In this document: in pieces, positions 12,354 through 27,360 of the stretch
Layout: each line of letters begins with the position of its first letter
Numbering within the stretch: the stretch's first letter is position 1
Source of the DNA: Peribolospora baueri
Lineage: Eukaryota
Direction: 5' to 3'
NCBI GenBank assembly: GCA_029717555.1
Contig: JAMDHS010000042.1
Coordinates: forward strand, 124,001-184,340
DNA: 60,340 nucleotides
Notes under the pieces: generated by a model
Database searches by the model: none
What the model was told of the DNA's origin: nothing
What the model saw: the letters and a program-made list of their open reading frames with translations, nothing else
Program-made: the position numbers and the translations under genes

Positions 12354-13589
12354 ATGGTAAGGAAGTCCCTCATCTTAGGCTTTCACCTTCCCGTCGGCTT
12401 GTGGACACTCAGAGTTATCTGTCTTCTTCATCTTTTCAGGGTAATGACGGCGGCTCGATCCCCACGCGCATCGACCTCGTTCGCACCAAGGCAAAGTCGG
12501 AGGTGCTCGACAAGCGATCGGCTGTCGCTTACCTCTGGCTCTTCTGCTGCTTGTCCAAGCGGCTGCTTTCGGCTCCCGTAGTGAGCGATGCGCTAGGAAA
12601 GCTGTACAACAAGGAGGCTGTTTTGGAATGGATGGTGGACAGGCGGAAGTATGGAGATGGCGACGTGGTGGCCGGCCATCTACGGGGGCTCAAGGTGCGC
12701 TGCAGGTCACCTGTCTAGAACTACGTGATAGGTTGGACGAGCAGAAGGATTGATCGTGGTATTATTTTTTGTTCCCCACGTTTAACAGGACACGACTGAG
12801 CTCAAGCTCACCCCCAACCCTACATACCGTCCGCCCTCCCCGAACGACGCCGACTCGGACAAGCTTTCCTCGCCTTTCATCTGCCCTCTCACTTTCAAAC
12901 AGATGGACGGCAAGTACCGTTTCGTTTATCTTCTGCCTTGCGGCTGCACTTTCTCCGAAGCGGGCCTGAGACAGCTGCAGAGTGGCTCGACGGGCGCTGG
13001 CAAGCTGCCTACGCCACCAGCGGAGGAGGGTTCGGAGAAGGAGGGCAAGGTGCGGAGAGAGGACGCTGCAAAGGAGAAGGTGGCGTGTCCGCAGTGCGGG
13101 AAAAAGTACGACCCTCGGCTGTACGCAGACGGAGGGGACATGGTGACCATCAATCCACCAAAGGAGGAGCAGTACAAGATGAGGGTGACGATGGAAGGGA
13201 GGCGAAAAGAGGAGAAAAAGCGGAAGAAGGAGAAGAAGGCGGCCACAAACGGCTCTTCCGCTGACAGAGCGGACGGGAAGAAGGAGGATACTCCCGTAGA
13301 GCCACCGGCGAAGAAGGCGCGCGCCCTTTCTTCTACGCCCGTCAGCTCTGGCGCATCGACTCCGACGCTCTCCTCCAACACCGCCGCAGGTTCAGTCGCG
13401 CGAAAAGTGGCGTCATCCATGGCGGCCTCAGCTGACGCGCAGAAGAAGGCGAGGATGGCGATGGGACAGGACGTCAAGAAGCCTGTGTCAGCGGCCATCG
13501 CCGATATCTACGGCTTGACGGAGGACGGCAAGAAGAAGCCGGACGTGCACAAGAACAATTTCCTCACGCGTTCCACCTTTACTAGGTAA
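12354..13589 (+). CDS. RTF2: Replication termination factor 2 (Rtf2 RING-finger family)
   Basis: ATG (12354-12356), then intron 12357-12439, then GNDGGSIPTRIDLVRTK. Further motifs: SDALGKLYNKEAVLE, FICPL..MDGKYRFVYLLPCGC, CPQCG. Stop at 13589. Confidence 0.92.
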
Positions 13590-13786
13590 ACTGGCAACGT
13601 CGCCGGTGCTGCTTTTCGACTCATGTATTTCTATTCCTGCGCTTCATGGATGTCTCGCTGAGCTTTGCATTCTTTTGGGGAGCGGTGGTTACAATAGGGT
13701 GCAAATCACAACTGTGATGATAATCTAATTTCCTGGTAGCCGACCCTTGCTTCACATTGAGCGCTGCTGATTTACTGACTTACAAA

Positions 13787-16700
13787 TCAGCCTTCCTCCG
13801 CGTCTTCGGCATCGCCTTCTCCGCGAAAGGGTAGTACTTCTAGCCGAGGATGAAATTTTACGAGGCTCACCGCCCGAAAGAGGCACGGCCGACTATCCAC
13901 CATGCCTCCGGAGATGGAGCCCCCGCGCCAGTGCATCGCTCCATAGGGCACCGTACCGACACCAAGACAGTAGACGCTCTTTCCGTGCGCGTTGCCCCCT
14001 GACCGGCCCGGGCGCCAGGCCGGATCGATTCGGAAGGGGGGGCTACCGGAGCTCGCCACCACGCCGCGGAGTCCTACGCTGCTTGACTCATGCTTCTCGG
14101 CGGCCGCGCCCGCTGTGGCTGTTGGGTGGAAAGACTGAGGCAAGAGAGGTTCCAGTGGCGGCGTTCCGCCCCTGCGAAGGGAGTCGCGCCGGACGGTGCG
14201 TGTGGGGTTGACGGAGCGCAATTGCTTGAACCAGGTGCAGAAGATGGAGAACGAAAAGCCGAGGCCGTCGGTCAGGAGGACTTGCAACGCGAGTAGAGGG
14301 GCGGACATGGCGACGCCGACGGAGAGTAGGATGGGCAGGATCGTCGGCGGCGTGATGCTGCTCGGGGTCGTGAGCGCGAAAACGATGTAAGGAAGGGACA
14401 TAATCTAGGGAGAGGGGGGAGGACGAAAAGTCGTCAGCGACCAAAAAAAAAAAAAAAAAAAGTGAAAGCGCCAAGTGCTCACGTAAAGCAACCAAACGCT
14501 TGCAACGTAGTACCCCATCCTTAACATTGCCGCCAACGCTTCCTTCCTACTCAGTTCTCCATCCCCAACGGCGACCGGACTACGGCTTGCATCGGCAATG
14601 AGGCTTCCGGGGCCTGTATTCCATCCGTTGACGGTGTCAGCACAGGGTGCAGAAGAAGACGCTAAAGTCAAGGCAGCCTTCCTCCGACTGTTCCTCGAAC
14701 CTCGCTCAGCTTCGGCTGACGAGACGCTGACGAGCCGGAGCGGTCGTGGTCCGGCACCAATGCTGCTGGCTGCCCTAGATCTGTCGTGGCTGCGCAGGGT
14801 ATGTCCGCGCGGATAATCACCCTCAACCCTGCCTTCTCCTCCACCTCCGGCCGACCTCCACGACGGAAAAGGAAGGACGTTGGCGTCGGTGGAGATTCGC
14901 GGCTTGGTGTTCGCAATAGGAGGCAATGGTTTGTCCAGGTTCGGGCATACGTTGGCGTCCGCCCACGCATTCATACGAGAGGTCAGCGCAGCCGAAAATG
15001 TGTCCGACAAAGGGGATGGAGAACACGAAGAGGAGGACAAGGATGACTCGTCTTCGAGAAGATTGAGGGCCGACGTGATATCGATGCGGGGGACGCAAAG
15101 GGCTTCGTTGTTTGAGTGTGGGTGCACGCGTTCGTGCGCATGCGCTTCTTGTCTTTGTATGGGGCGAGGCCTATTCCCGTCGCAACAGGAGACGAGCCCG
15201 CCCGTATTCTCCGGAAATCGTGTCGTTTTTTCGACATGTCCGATGCGATTCTCAGAAGATGCTCGGAGCTTGTTACGAGAGATGTCCTGCCGTATAGGGC
15301 CGGGAGCGGGCTGAATACGAGGGACGTATACGGCTGAGGCGGAGGACGGTGTGCAGCTAAGATCGGCGTGGCCGGAGGAGGAAGATACGCCTGCATCTCT
15401 GTCCTCTCGCAATTCAGCGACGTCATCTACACCAGCGGCACCATGTCGATCGGGACCTTCACCTTCCATCACGACATCAAGGACGCCTCCGCGCAGCTCA
15501 TCTGGAAAGCTTTTGGCGGGCACGTCGAGTCCGAGCCTTCCAGGGTCATCGACGCCGTTTCCGAACGTGCCAGCGTGAGAAGCGTAGCCCGAGGACCCTC
15601 CAGAGTTGCGCCTCGTCCGGAACCCGCTGCTGGCGAGTTTGTGGGTGAGCTGACTGAGCTTGCTGAGCGTTCGAAGCCGCGGTTGGGCCCCATTTACTGG
15701 AGTCATCGGGAAGGAGGGAGCGGTGTGGAAAGTCTGGTTTCCTGCTCCACCGTTGCCGTCGGTGTCGCATCCGCTTGACGAGGAAAGTAGATCAGACTGA
15801 ATACCTCTCTCGTCCCGAGCTGATGTTGCACTTGGAAGGGAGGAGGTCGAGTGATCGAGAATCTCGTTCGTCCCGAGCACATGTTGAAACGCCAAGCGCT
15901 CTTTTTCATCGTTCTCAGTGATGACTTTGACACCTTCACCATTAGACTTGTTTGAAAGTGGAGGAAGGGCAGCGTCGACGTAGCTTTCCTCGTCCAAGAC
16001 AACGTCGGGAGAGGGAGAGAACGAGACATTGCACCCCGCAAGTGAAGCCTGCGAGCGCGAGCGCTTGGCCTTGTCAATGAAATTGCTGGTGGTCGAACCT
16101 CGTACATCACTCGTCAAATACGACGAAGCTAGAGTGGGCTTGTTCTTGCCCCGCGGCATAGTATCCTGAGTGGGTTCCGGATTAGCCCTGGGAGAAGTCG
16201 AGTGACGAATGACGCCGCTCTTCTCTAGCGCGGCCTGCAGAAGCAAGTACTTGCGCTCGTCCACCTGGAAGACCCCGGTGGTGGCGGATTTCATGACTTG
16301 GTGCCCGTGCGTGGCGTCCGTGCCTGCGTCCGTCGAAAATGGGAGCTTGGGCTGAAACTGAAACTGAAGGGGCTTGCGCTCGCCCACTTCGCCGATAGCA
16401 CTGCTCCGCCAGGAAGAGAACTGCTGCGCTTTGGAGCACACACCACCTGCCCCAGAGCCAGACCCGGATCCCGTGCCGCTGGGGAAGCCGAACGAAGGCC
16501 CTCTTTCAGGAACGCTGGAATAGTGGGAGCGAGTTTTGCTGTTACTGGAGTTGTTGTAGTCGGAGGTGAAAATAGGCGAAGGACTCCGCGAAGGTGAGAC
16601 GCTGCCGGGAATGTGAATGATGCTGCTGCTCGGAGCGGGAGACGGCGTTCCGTCGCGTGGATGTGGCAGGTTTCCCTCCTTTCGCCGCTCACGCAAGGAG

Positions 16701-18137
16701 AAACCGGTCGTCTTTGCCTTGCGCAGACTGTACCGAAAATAGTACCCGGCGCTGTCAGCAGCGGTGTGCTGCAATCCGTTTACAGCAAAGTTTCCAAAGG
16801 GAGCATCGACCGGCTCCTCATCCGCTTCACGGCCTCGACCACCTGTAGGACCAACGTGCGGCTCGTCGTCCCAAGCGATAGAGTACCCCGTAAGCGCGCT
16901 GGCGCGGTTTGTGCAAGCGCTGTACGAAGGCGTCAGCACCGTCCGATCACACGCGCCGCCGTCCTCAAGAGGGGTATAAGAAGCCTTCTGTTGCTGAGAG
17001 ACTGTGTCCCACAAAGGCGTCGGAGAAGGCCATCGCGAAGGAGCCGGCGAGACGTAGAGAGAGGCGCCGAGAGGAGATGGTAGGATGGTGTGGTGGCAAT
17101 ATCTATCGTCGACCGCTGGGGCGGCGGTGGCTACTCGGGAAGGGAGAACAGACGGCCGAACTGGATTGGTCAGGTGCAGATGTCGGTGCTGGGGGAAGGT
17201 CATGACAGACGACCAAGTTAGCTTCGAAGAGCCGCGCATGAGACAAGTTGGCCGGACAGGCCCGACTAACCTGCCATTGAGATCCATTATTGACACCACC
17301 GATTCTCGCCTGCGCCACGGCATTCAAAACGTATCCAAAGGCGCCGGTGATAATGATGAGAACAGCACCGCCATAAACGAGACAAGCCCTGAGCACGGCA
17401 TCACTCGCGTCTTGGAGGCCCCTGCCCGTTTTGCCCCCTACAGCGAATGCTGAGACCAGTATCCCCGTGAGCGACACGAAGATGGGGGGAAGCCAGAGCT
17501 TGTAGTCATATCGGCCGAGGTCGTCACGGTGGCCAAGGCAGATGTGGAGGAAAGTAAGGATAGACACGGAGAGAAGAACGGTGGGGCGGAGGGTGAGGAC
17601 TAGGACGAGGCGAGCGGCGGTAAGGGCGGAGGCGTCTTGGAGAATGGGCGAATGGGGCACCGACGACGTAGACGGGGAAGTGAGAGTGGAAGCGAACGAG
17701 GATGAGGAGAGGTGGGCCGGGGTGGAGAGAGCATCGGAGGAGGAAGCAGTGAAGGAGAGCACGCTCCACGTCCATGCCCAGACGGCGATTTGATCCACGA
17801 CGCTGAACCAGAGTTGGAAACGTTGGACTCTTCGAATGGGCCTGTCCTTGCGCATGGGGACCCACGTCGTGCTGGGCGTGTACCTGTAGTTGTAGCCAGA
17901 GCCGCCTCTTCTACGGGCTCCACCGTCACCGCCGCCGTCATAAGCACCGGCCGTCCGTGCAGATGCGGTGGTGCCGGGTCGAAAACGAGTGGGAAAGAGA
18001 GCGAGGGCGCGCCGGAGAATGGGATGAGGTGGAAGAAGAAGCCAAATCGTCCGGACAATGACAAAAAAAGACGACATAAGAGAGAGGAAGGCAAAGCTAA
18101 GCGTTGCGGCGAGGAGGGTGGACGGCGAGGAGGTCAT
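13787..18137 (-). CDS. Orphan 7-TM membrane protein (GPCR-like) with a very large third intracellular loop, ~1,396 aa
   Basis: Exons 18137-17271, 17188-14483 and 14404-13787 join in frame through GT-AG introns. Exon 1 has five hydrophobic segments, followed by ~900 aa of Ser/Pro/Gly-rich sequence and two more hydrophobic segments (AMLRMGYYVASVWLLYIMSLPYIVFAL; TILPILLSVGVAMSAPLLALQVLL). Confidence 0.75.
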
Positions 18138-19215
18138 GGCGAGGAACCGAATGGAAGTCTGAAGGACGCAGACCTTTTCTCCTGCAAAGGAGCGCCTGAA
18201 TAGGACGTTGAAAAAAAAGGCGTGAGCAGAGGAGGGAAAGAGAAGGAAGCAGAGACCTAGTGGGAGACTGGTTCGATGTCGACCTGCGAGAAGTCAGAAA
18301 GAAAGGGAAGGTCAGGCGGTGAAAGATTGAAAAGGATGAGGGGGCAGACGGGTAAACGGGGCAACGAAGACCAAGTAATCGTAAATATATCGGATACTCT
18401 GCCTCAATCAGCTAGATCAAAGACAAACATGTTTACAAAAGCGTGATGCGATGTTTTGGTTGCGGTGAACCGGCGTGAGTGTTGTTGGAGACGGACTGAA
18501 CACGAGGCCGGCGACTATGTTAGCGAGCGGGTAGGAGACGAGGTTGACGCGACTGTAACCGCGCTTCAACCCTTCACTGCAAGGAAAAGTTGCTCAGTTC
18601 CTCCTTAGCTTTTTTCAATGTTCATGCTTGTCTCTACACCAACTACCGCGACATGACGCCATGGGTGGTTCGTTCGGCGGTTGCTGGACTTCCAAGCGTA
18701 GGCGGAGTCAGTCGGGGTCGAGATGCCAATGTAGGTGCCAAGAATTATCGCCAAACAAACCGACGGCGACCGAGATTACCAAGGTTGTGAGTGGGCCACA
18801 AATCTCCTCCATCGTCAACGAGCTGAGTCTTGCCACAAAGTCGGCTTGTCGGACGCATCGAGCGTCGTTCGTACCTGGTGGAGTGAAAGACGCCGATCAA
18901 GTCACGTGCATACAAGCATTCTCCTAACCCTAACTGACCTCTGAACGCGCTCTGCCGCCCTTGAACGCGTCCCGCGACGCGATTCAGAGCATCTCGTCTC
19001 TTCTATCTCATCGCATCTCATCCTCGTGCCTCCTTCATCTCACCGCAAGAGCGGAGATTGCAGCAAGCAGCTGACGAGCCCAGTTGGCGGAGGAGGCGCC
19101 CCGCTTTCTGCGACGGGAAGATCGAGTTTCCGTATTGCTTCTTTCCTCCCCACCTTCTTCCATGCTCCAGCTGCTCACCGGCTTCGGCGGCGCACGACCA
19201 CAGGATAACGACACT

Positions 19216-21842
19216 ATGGCCGCCGCGACCACCACTGCCCGCAGGCGATCCGACCGACGCTCTGCTGGGCCAAATGGAGCCGGAGTGAGCAGGGGTGCTT
19301 CTTCCAGCACCGAGCCCTCTTCTTCCACATCTCCTTCCAACACATCAGCTTTCGTCGGCACCTCTAATGGTGTTTCGCGACAATCCGATGTCGCTCCGTT
19401 ACCTGCGCACGCTAAACCGCTCCCGGGAGGCGTGATGGTGCGCAACTTTGAGGATATCGATGATGACGTTTCCGTCAGCTCGGGAGGGGGCGCAGCGGTC
19501 GTGGAGGAGGGTGGATTTGGCAGGGAGGAGGCAGATGGCGTAGTGGACTTTTCGGCGGTCATCGATGCGATGGACTACGATGACCCTCCACCGAGGCGAA
19601 AACCGAGGAAAAGTGAGTAAATTGATGGGAGCATATTTGTGTGTGCCGGTTATGATGACCCCTCGCTCTCCCTTTAAATCCTGTGCACCCCTCGCGCGTC
19701 ATTGTTCTTCTTCACTTTGGCCCGCTGTTCAGCGTTCAACGAAGAGTCGGAGGGCGACTTTATCTTTACCCGCGAGCCATCGAAATTGACCTCCACTTCC
19801 GGCACCACATCATCCAACCCATCGTCGGACCCGGTCTCCAACAGCACTTTACTTCGAAGTGCGCTACCACGCCCAACGGCGGATGCGACGACTAGCAGGA
19901 AGGTCGGTGGAACGACATTCGTGCGTCGCCCAGAAACATCCGAGACCCCCATCATTCGACGAAATCAGGCCATGCGGGCGAGGGCCGACCCCGTGCCGCC
20001 GCCTAGTTTTTCTAGATCGGGGATTGGCAAGGGATTACCCAGCGACCTGAAGGGAAAAGAGAAAGGCAAAGAGAAAGGAAAGGTTGGAGGAGGGGAAAGG
20101 ACAGGGAGCTTGAGCTTGGAACTTAAGACGGCGAGGAGGACGAGTAGTTTGAGGGACGGGAGTGCTGGTGAGTCTTTTGGAGGGTAGGCGCAGTTGACGA
20201 ACCTGGCGAATCGGCCCCTCCTTCCTTATCTTCATTCTTTCGTGTACCGATGGTTGTACAGCCTATCCCCACCCTACAATCCCAACGAGAGACTTCTATC
20301 GACACATCAGCACGGACCTCCCACCCGTCGTCCGGATGCGACACCTTTTCGACTGGGCATTACGACGGAGGTGTGAGCAGGAAGAGCAGCGACAACGAAC
20401 CAGACCGCCTTCGTCTTCTTCTTCCTCTTCCGGTGCGGCAGGCAAGGTGGGAATGGAGATGGAGGCTTTGCAAAAGGTGGTGAAAGTGCTGCAGGAGAGG
20501 GTGATGAAGGACCTGAATGATGGAAAGATAGGAATCAGTTGGATGAGCAGAGACAGGGTGAGTTTCGTGTGCTTACCCTCGCAACAACAAATTGCTAGGC
20601 AGACTTGACTTCTAGAAGTGGACGATCTTCTTAGATATTCCTCGTTTCCGTCGTTTCTGCATGTACTGACGTTTGTCTCGCGTTTCTGATCCCTCGCCAT
20701 TAGTCTTCATCAGGTACCCGCACCGCCGCTTTCAAACCGCACCCTCGCAACGTAACAAACGCCTCGATCGCCGCTCGTCTGGAAGCCACAGTTGCTCGGA
20801 TGTCTTCGGAATGTCGAGGCTGGGAGGAGGAGAGGGAGAGATTAGCTGCGTTTGAGAGAGAAACGGAGGAGTTGATTTTGGAGGAGGAGCGACTGGAAAG
20901 GTTAGAAATGGAGGGACGAGGGGCGACAGAGGAGGAGGAGAGCGAGATCGAGGCTTGGGACGGGTGGGAGGAAGCGCTGGACCAGGACGGACAAAAGGCA
21001 CTCGAGTGGGTGAGGAAGGTGGACGGATGGGAGAAAGGCTGGGTGCGACGGTCCTCTCCCGGGTCTGTTAGCGGGGCGAATGGGAAGAACCAGAGCGAGG
21101 GCAAGGCTGCGGGGATGGAGGAAGGCGCGCTGAAGGAGGCTTACGAAGGCACGGAATTGGACGGGAGGTGGAAAGATATTGAGTTCAACGTGAGTCCTTC
21201 CCCTTCGTTTCTCTTTTCATCTCTCGCCTCGTCTTCTAACCCCGATGACTCCCTCTCTTCCTGCCACGGTCAACGAACGGACAAAACCAGGTCGACCTCC
21301 TTCGCGCGCGTCTCCACACCCTTTCCTCCTTCTCTACTCTCTCCTCTACTTACCTCTCCGCCATCTCTGCCCGAGCCACCCAAACCCTTCGATCGCGCAT
21401 CTCCTCAGGTCGGCGTCTCGGCCCCACCTCTCCATCCGCCGCGGCTGCGGCGGGGGCGCTTGGAGAGGTGTTTGCTGGCGCTGACGGCGCTGGCACGGGG
21501 CCTGGAGGGTCTGATATGGAAGAAGGAGAGGGAAAAGGCGCGGTGGTGGAGTTGTTGAGGGGATTGAGGCGGCCTCGACTTGGTGTGGGTGCGAGTGGGG
21601 CGTCAAGCCGAAGTCGGGGTAAGAAGCGGAGACGGACGGTCATTGGGAAAGGAGAGGGAGAGGGAGGGGCGGAGGAGCGACGAGAGACGGATGAGGAGGA
21701 GGAGAAGGAGGAAGGGGGGATGGAAGGAGAGGTGTCGGTCGAAGAAGCGGACGCGATGGACCTTCTCCGAGCACTTGGTAGAGCGGCCGACGTCGACAGC
21801 TTTGGTGCGGCGCTTGGGGGCACTCCGCACTACAACCCGTAG
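19216..21842 (+). CDS. DSN1: Kinetochore MIS12/Mtw1 complex subunit Dsn1/Mis13
   Basis: ETPIIRRNQAMR, RRTSSL, YPHPTIPTRDFYRHISTDLPPVVRMRHLFDWALRR, KIGISW, PHPRNVTN, and C-terminal MDLLRAL; canonical introns. Confidence 0.8.
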
Positions 21843-22259
21843 TTTCGTTTCCACTTTTTTTATTGATCTCGCGTTTCTTCTGCTCCCATCCTGCGTGTTT
21901 GTGTTACCCCCGTTGGTTCGCTGGTCGTGCTCGCTGCATGCTCTTGTCGTTGTTGTACTACACATGGAACGTCGCTTCCTTGCGCCTTGACCCGACTCGT
22001 CCAACCGTCGATGGTGTGGCATGGCCCGGGCGCACAGCGAGTACCGCAGCAGTGATAGGTGACAGTCGCGCGGCGATCGACAACCCGTCCCGACGTCTCG
22101 ACACGACCCGATCACGACGACGGGAATCCGGCTCGACTATCATTCTTCGCAATCCCTCCTTGCTATTGGCGACGTACATAAGCTCGTTGCATTCTTCGTA
22201 CAGAGCCAGCGACCAATTCGCACGCCGAAGCTCCTCACATCACCCCACCTTCATCGACC

Positions 22260-23399
<1,140 letters not shown>

Positions 23400-24273
23400 G
23401 TATGGGCTCTTAGCCGACTTTTCCCGTGTGTCTGTCCCCGTACATTACCCCACGTCGCATCCTGCACTTCGATCAATTCTCTCTTATCCCGTTGTCCTTC
23501 CCTTCATCATTCCCTACGTGCTGTGCTTGTTCCATGGAAGCCGCCCCGCACGCCACCGAGCGCTTTTCGGTTGCGGAAGAAGGTCATCACTGTGGAGCCG
23601 GCCATCACAACGCCACAGCCTACCTCCGTGTACGATAGTTATGCGGCTTAAGACGACAAACTTTCAAGTTCATGTCGACGGGACGTCGTGTGCTCTGGGG
23701 CCCTTAAAAACCGACTCGCCACTTTCTACAGAAGCATAGCGGTCAAAAGTCCCGTTTCGATGGAACGTACAGAAGTATCAGCTTTTTCTTGTCGGCCTTA
23801 GAGCAGGCTACGTCCACCGCTCCGTGACTACAGAGGTCGTCTCGCCGTAAATCTGCTCGTCCTCTCGTGTCAGCTACACTACTATTAACTTTGGAGAGTA
23901 GATTGGCATGGCCAGTAGTACCCTCGCCCCTGGCCACGCCGTCGTTCATGACCTTTGAGTAGGGAGAGCCGAGTAACGTAGTCGAATTCTGCGCATAGAA
24001 AGTGGAGCAACCGCGGCCGTTCGCCCGATGGGAAGAACGAAACCGGACAGCGGCACAGGGCCAGCAAGCTGAAAACTTGGGGAGGGTTATCCCGCACACA
24101 CCTCGCGATAACCATAATGAGGGATGACCGGGCTGTGCCGAAGTAGCCCCATATTCAACGTCGAGTCCATTCGATGGATAGGTGCGGCGGATATTCGATA
24201 CAAAGGAAGGCGAGCGTCAGGTGAGAGGAAGGGCACGGCAGGCAAAGGAAGAAAGCGAGCGGCTACAAGTAAA

Positions 24274-25007
24274 TCATGTGGACATTGCAGCCGGCGCGGA
24301 TTGTTTTTCAAGTTCGGCTCTGTCGGGAGATCAAGGTGGCGGTGAAGGCGGTTGTGAAGGGAGAGGCGAGAGTTCAGCGGGAGTGAGCGGGGATGAAAGC
24401 CGCGAGCGCGAGAGCGTGAGGTAAACCAAGAACCTCCGTCGACATACCTCAAGGCCTTGCTAAAGTCATCCTCGATGTCATCGTCGTCCCAGTTGTCCTC
24501 CCACAAGTGATCCCCTGCCTTGTCCGACTGTGCCGCTGTTGCAGAGGATGGGAGTTGAGCGGTCAGGTGGGCTAGCGTCGTTTCTGAGTCGGCCCAGTCT
24601 GGTTTTTCGTGGAAAATTAGATAGTGGATATATGAAGGGACGAGCGATTTTTCGAAGACGTTGGATCGAGTCCGACAGGGAAGGGAAGCAAAGGAGATCA
24701 TTAGCAACCTTGGACGGCGAGAGCCTCCCCCTCGTCCTCTCCACCAACGCTTCGGCTTCATATGCCGCTGCCACACACTGTTACTCCTCCCACTTCCAGA
24801 TCGCCCTCTTCAGTAACCCTGCCTCAACTCAGTTGACCAACTCGACTCACCCTGCGCGACGAACTCCTCAAACTCGTCATCCTCCTCGAGCGCGCCGAGC
24901 TGAGGAACATCCTTCTTCTCACCAGCCTCGCCCGACTGCTGTTGCTGCTTTTCGTTGTTCTTCTCCGTGGAGTTGGGAGCGGGAGCTTGGGAGGTATTGG
25001 AAGACAT
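24274..25007 (-). CDS. SEM1: 26S proteasome / TREX-2 subunit Sem1/Dss1
   Basis: LGALEEDDEFEEFVAQ|DW..HLWEDNWDDDDIEDDFSKALR|AELEK; three exons. Confidence 0.95.
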
Positions 25008-25345
25008 GGTCTGTCGTGGTCGATTGGGCTGGTGGCGACGTGGCTGATGGGAAAGAAGGGAAGAACTGGCGATGATGATCAAGAAGGGGGAATGAACGCG
25101 CGGCTTTCGATGAACCCAATCGTCCCGTCACGTGATCTGTCAAACGAGAGCTATCCTTGATCCGGTCCGTTCTTCTTATTCGTATCTCGGCTCATGTCCC
25201 ACCCCGCTTTCCTTTAATCCCCCGAGAAGGTTCAGAAGAAGGAGCGCTCGCCGGTAGTGTGCATACTTCTACACGCAGAAAGCACGCTTTGACTGGCCGG
25301 TTTGGGGGACCGACATAAGAGGTCCCGACTAAGGCAAGGAAGGAG

Positions 25346-27137
25346 ATGACGGCGATGACGGCGACGGCGAGCGACGTGTCCAATTCCTACCAGTCCCGAG
25401 GTCTTTCGGTGAGTGGAGAAAAAAGACATCGGTTGCGTATGGACGGCGGATTGCACAACCACTACTTTGCTGATCGACGACTACGACCGATCGACCACCG
25501 TCTCCGTCGCTGGTCCCCAATTTGTCCCATCTCTGCCCCTCGCTACGACTTTTACCCCGTTCCAGCTACCCAACTTTTCCACCTTCCGAACTCGAGAAAT
25601 CCGGAACGGTCATCGCTCTCGCGTCCAGACAGTTGGATGGAGCACTGACGGTAGGAGGCTGGCGAGCGGTAGTACGGACAAGACGATTCGGATTTGGACG
25701 CCGGAGAGGTCGGTGAGTGCGGTGTGATGCGGTTCGACATCCCGTTGGACTGTGCCGTATCGCAGTTGGAGTTTCGATGGTCAGCGTGACCATGGGAGTG
25801 TTTGGACTGGCAGGCGTACTCTTCTCTGGTCTAACTGGCCTTCTTCTTCGTCCCCCACAGACGGACGTCCGAGGGTCGACTGAACTCCGAGGCCACACCG
25901 AGTCGGTGGACAACCTATCCTGGGACCCCACACACCCCGACCGGTTAGCGACAGCTGGGGCGGATAAGACGGTGAGGTTCTGGGATATTCGAGGTAAGTT
26001 TTGGACTTGGTCCTTTGCCGGGGAGGGATGAAGTGGATGTGCGCTGGTTTCTCTCTCATTTAGGGTCCGTCTGATCCATGTTGAACTATCGACGTATCGG
26101 TCAGCGGCAAAACCGACATCGACAGTGAATACGGCCGGCTCCAACATCAATGTTGCCTATCGACCAGACGGACAGGAGGTCGCGGTGGGGAACAAAGGAG
26201 ACGACATCTCGTTCATCGATGTCAGGAAAGGGGAGGTGCTCAGAGTTCAGAAAAATGAGACGGAGGTGGGTGAGGAGGGGCGCTTGGGGAGCTGAACGGA
26301 TGCGGGTAGGACGCGTCGAGCGCTCGCTGATTATTGCCTTGTCCGTTCTCTCTGAACTAGGTCAACGAATTCGCATGGGACCACACGGGCACGCTCTTCC
26401 TCCAAACCGAGGGTGCGGGAAATATCGCGGTGATGGACTATCCGACGCTGGAGGGTTTGCACACCATCGTCGCTCACACGACTAATTGCTATTGTCTCGA
26501 GTTTGATCCTCGGGGGAGGTGCGTTCGCTGGCCTGGCCCTCTTTTCCTCGTTTGACTCCCTGACACTGCTCGTCTTCCGATCTACCATCCTTTCCAGGTA
26601 TCTGGCCACTGGAAGCGCCGACGCGCTGGTGAGCCTGTGGGACACACGGGAGTGGATCTGCGTTCGAACGCTGCCAAAGTCGGAGTGAGTCTTGGACCCG
26701 ACGGCGGTCGTTCTATGGAGCTTGACTGACGATCTTTTACCGTCGTGCTTCTTCCTGGTCTGCCTGCCCCGTTTCCGCGGACGTTTCGAAGAGGACCGGT
26801 ACGGACGTTGAGCTTCTCGTACGACGGCGAGTTCATTGCCAGCGGCGGGGAGGACCTGAGCATCGATATCGTGAGCGCTCGTTTCGTCCTGTGGTTCTCG
26901 CACCTCAGCCCACCTGTCCTCCCCCCGCCCCGTGCTCCTCCTGCTCACCTTCTCCCCCTATCTGCTTCCGCACAGTCCTCCGTCGAGACGGGCCATACGG
27001 TCCACACGTTGCGCACGACGGCGGCGACGAACGCGGTGGCGTGGCACCCGAGCAAGCTCTTGCTGGCCTACGCGGGCGCCGAGAACGAGCGATCGATGAC
27101 AAGCGCTGTGGGCTTGAGGGTGTTTGGACTGGGCTGA
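25346..27137 (+). CDS. THOC3: THO/TREX complex WD40 subunit Tex1/THOC3
   Basis: GHRSRVQTVGWSTDGRRLASGSTDKTIRIW, ELRGHTESVDNLSWDPTHPDRLATAGADKTVRFWD, NINVAY, AHTTNCYCLEFDPRGRYLATGSADALVSLWD, VRTLSFSYDGEFIASGGED, AVAWHPSKLLLAYAG. Confidence 0.9.
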
Positions 27138-27360
27138 TCGTCGTCCGTGGTCTGTCGCCGACGGTGCTGGGGGTTCCCCGTGTCCTGTAGTTACTTATCT
27201 AGTTATCTATCCATACCATCCTTCCATCCATGCCTTATGGTTTGCGCATGGGCCACGGCCGCGGCGTCCTTGCGCGGCGGTGGGCGGGACGAGGTGAGGG
27301 CGGATGATCGGCTCGGAAGCGCGGCAAGATGGGTCCGCTCGATCGAAGCGGGTCGACGAC

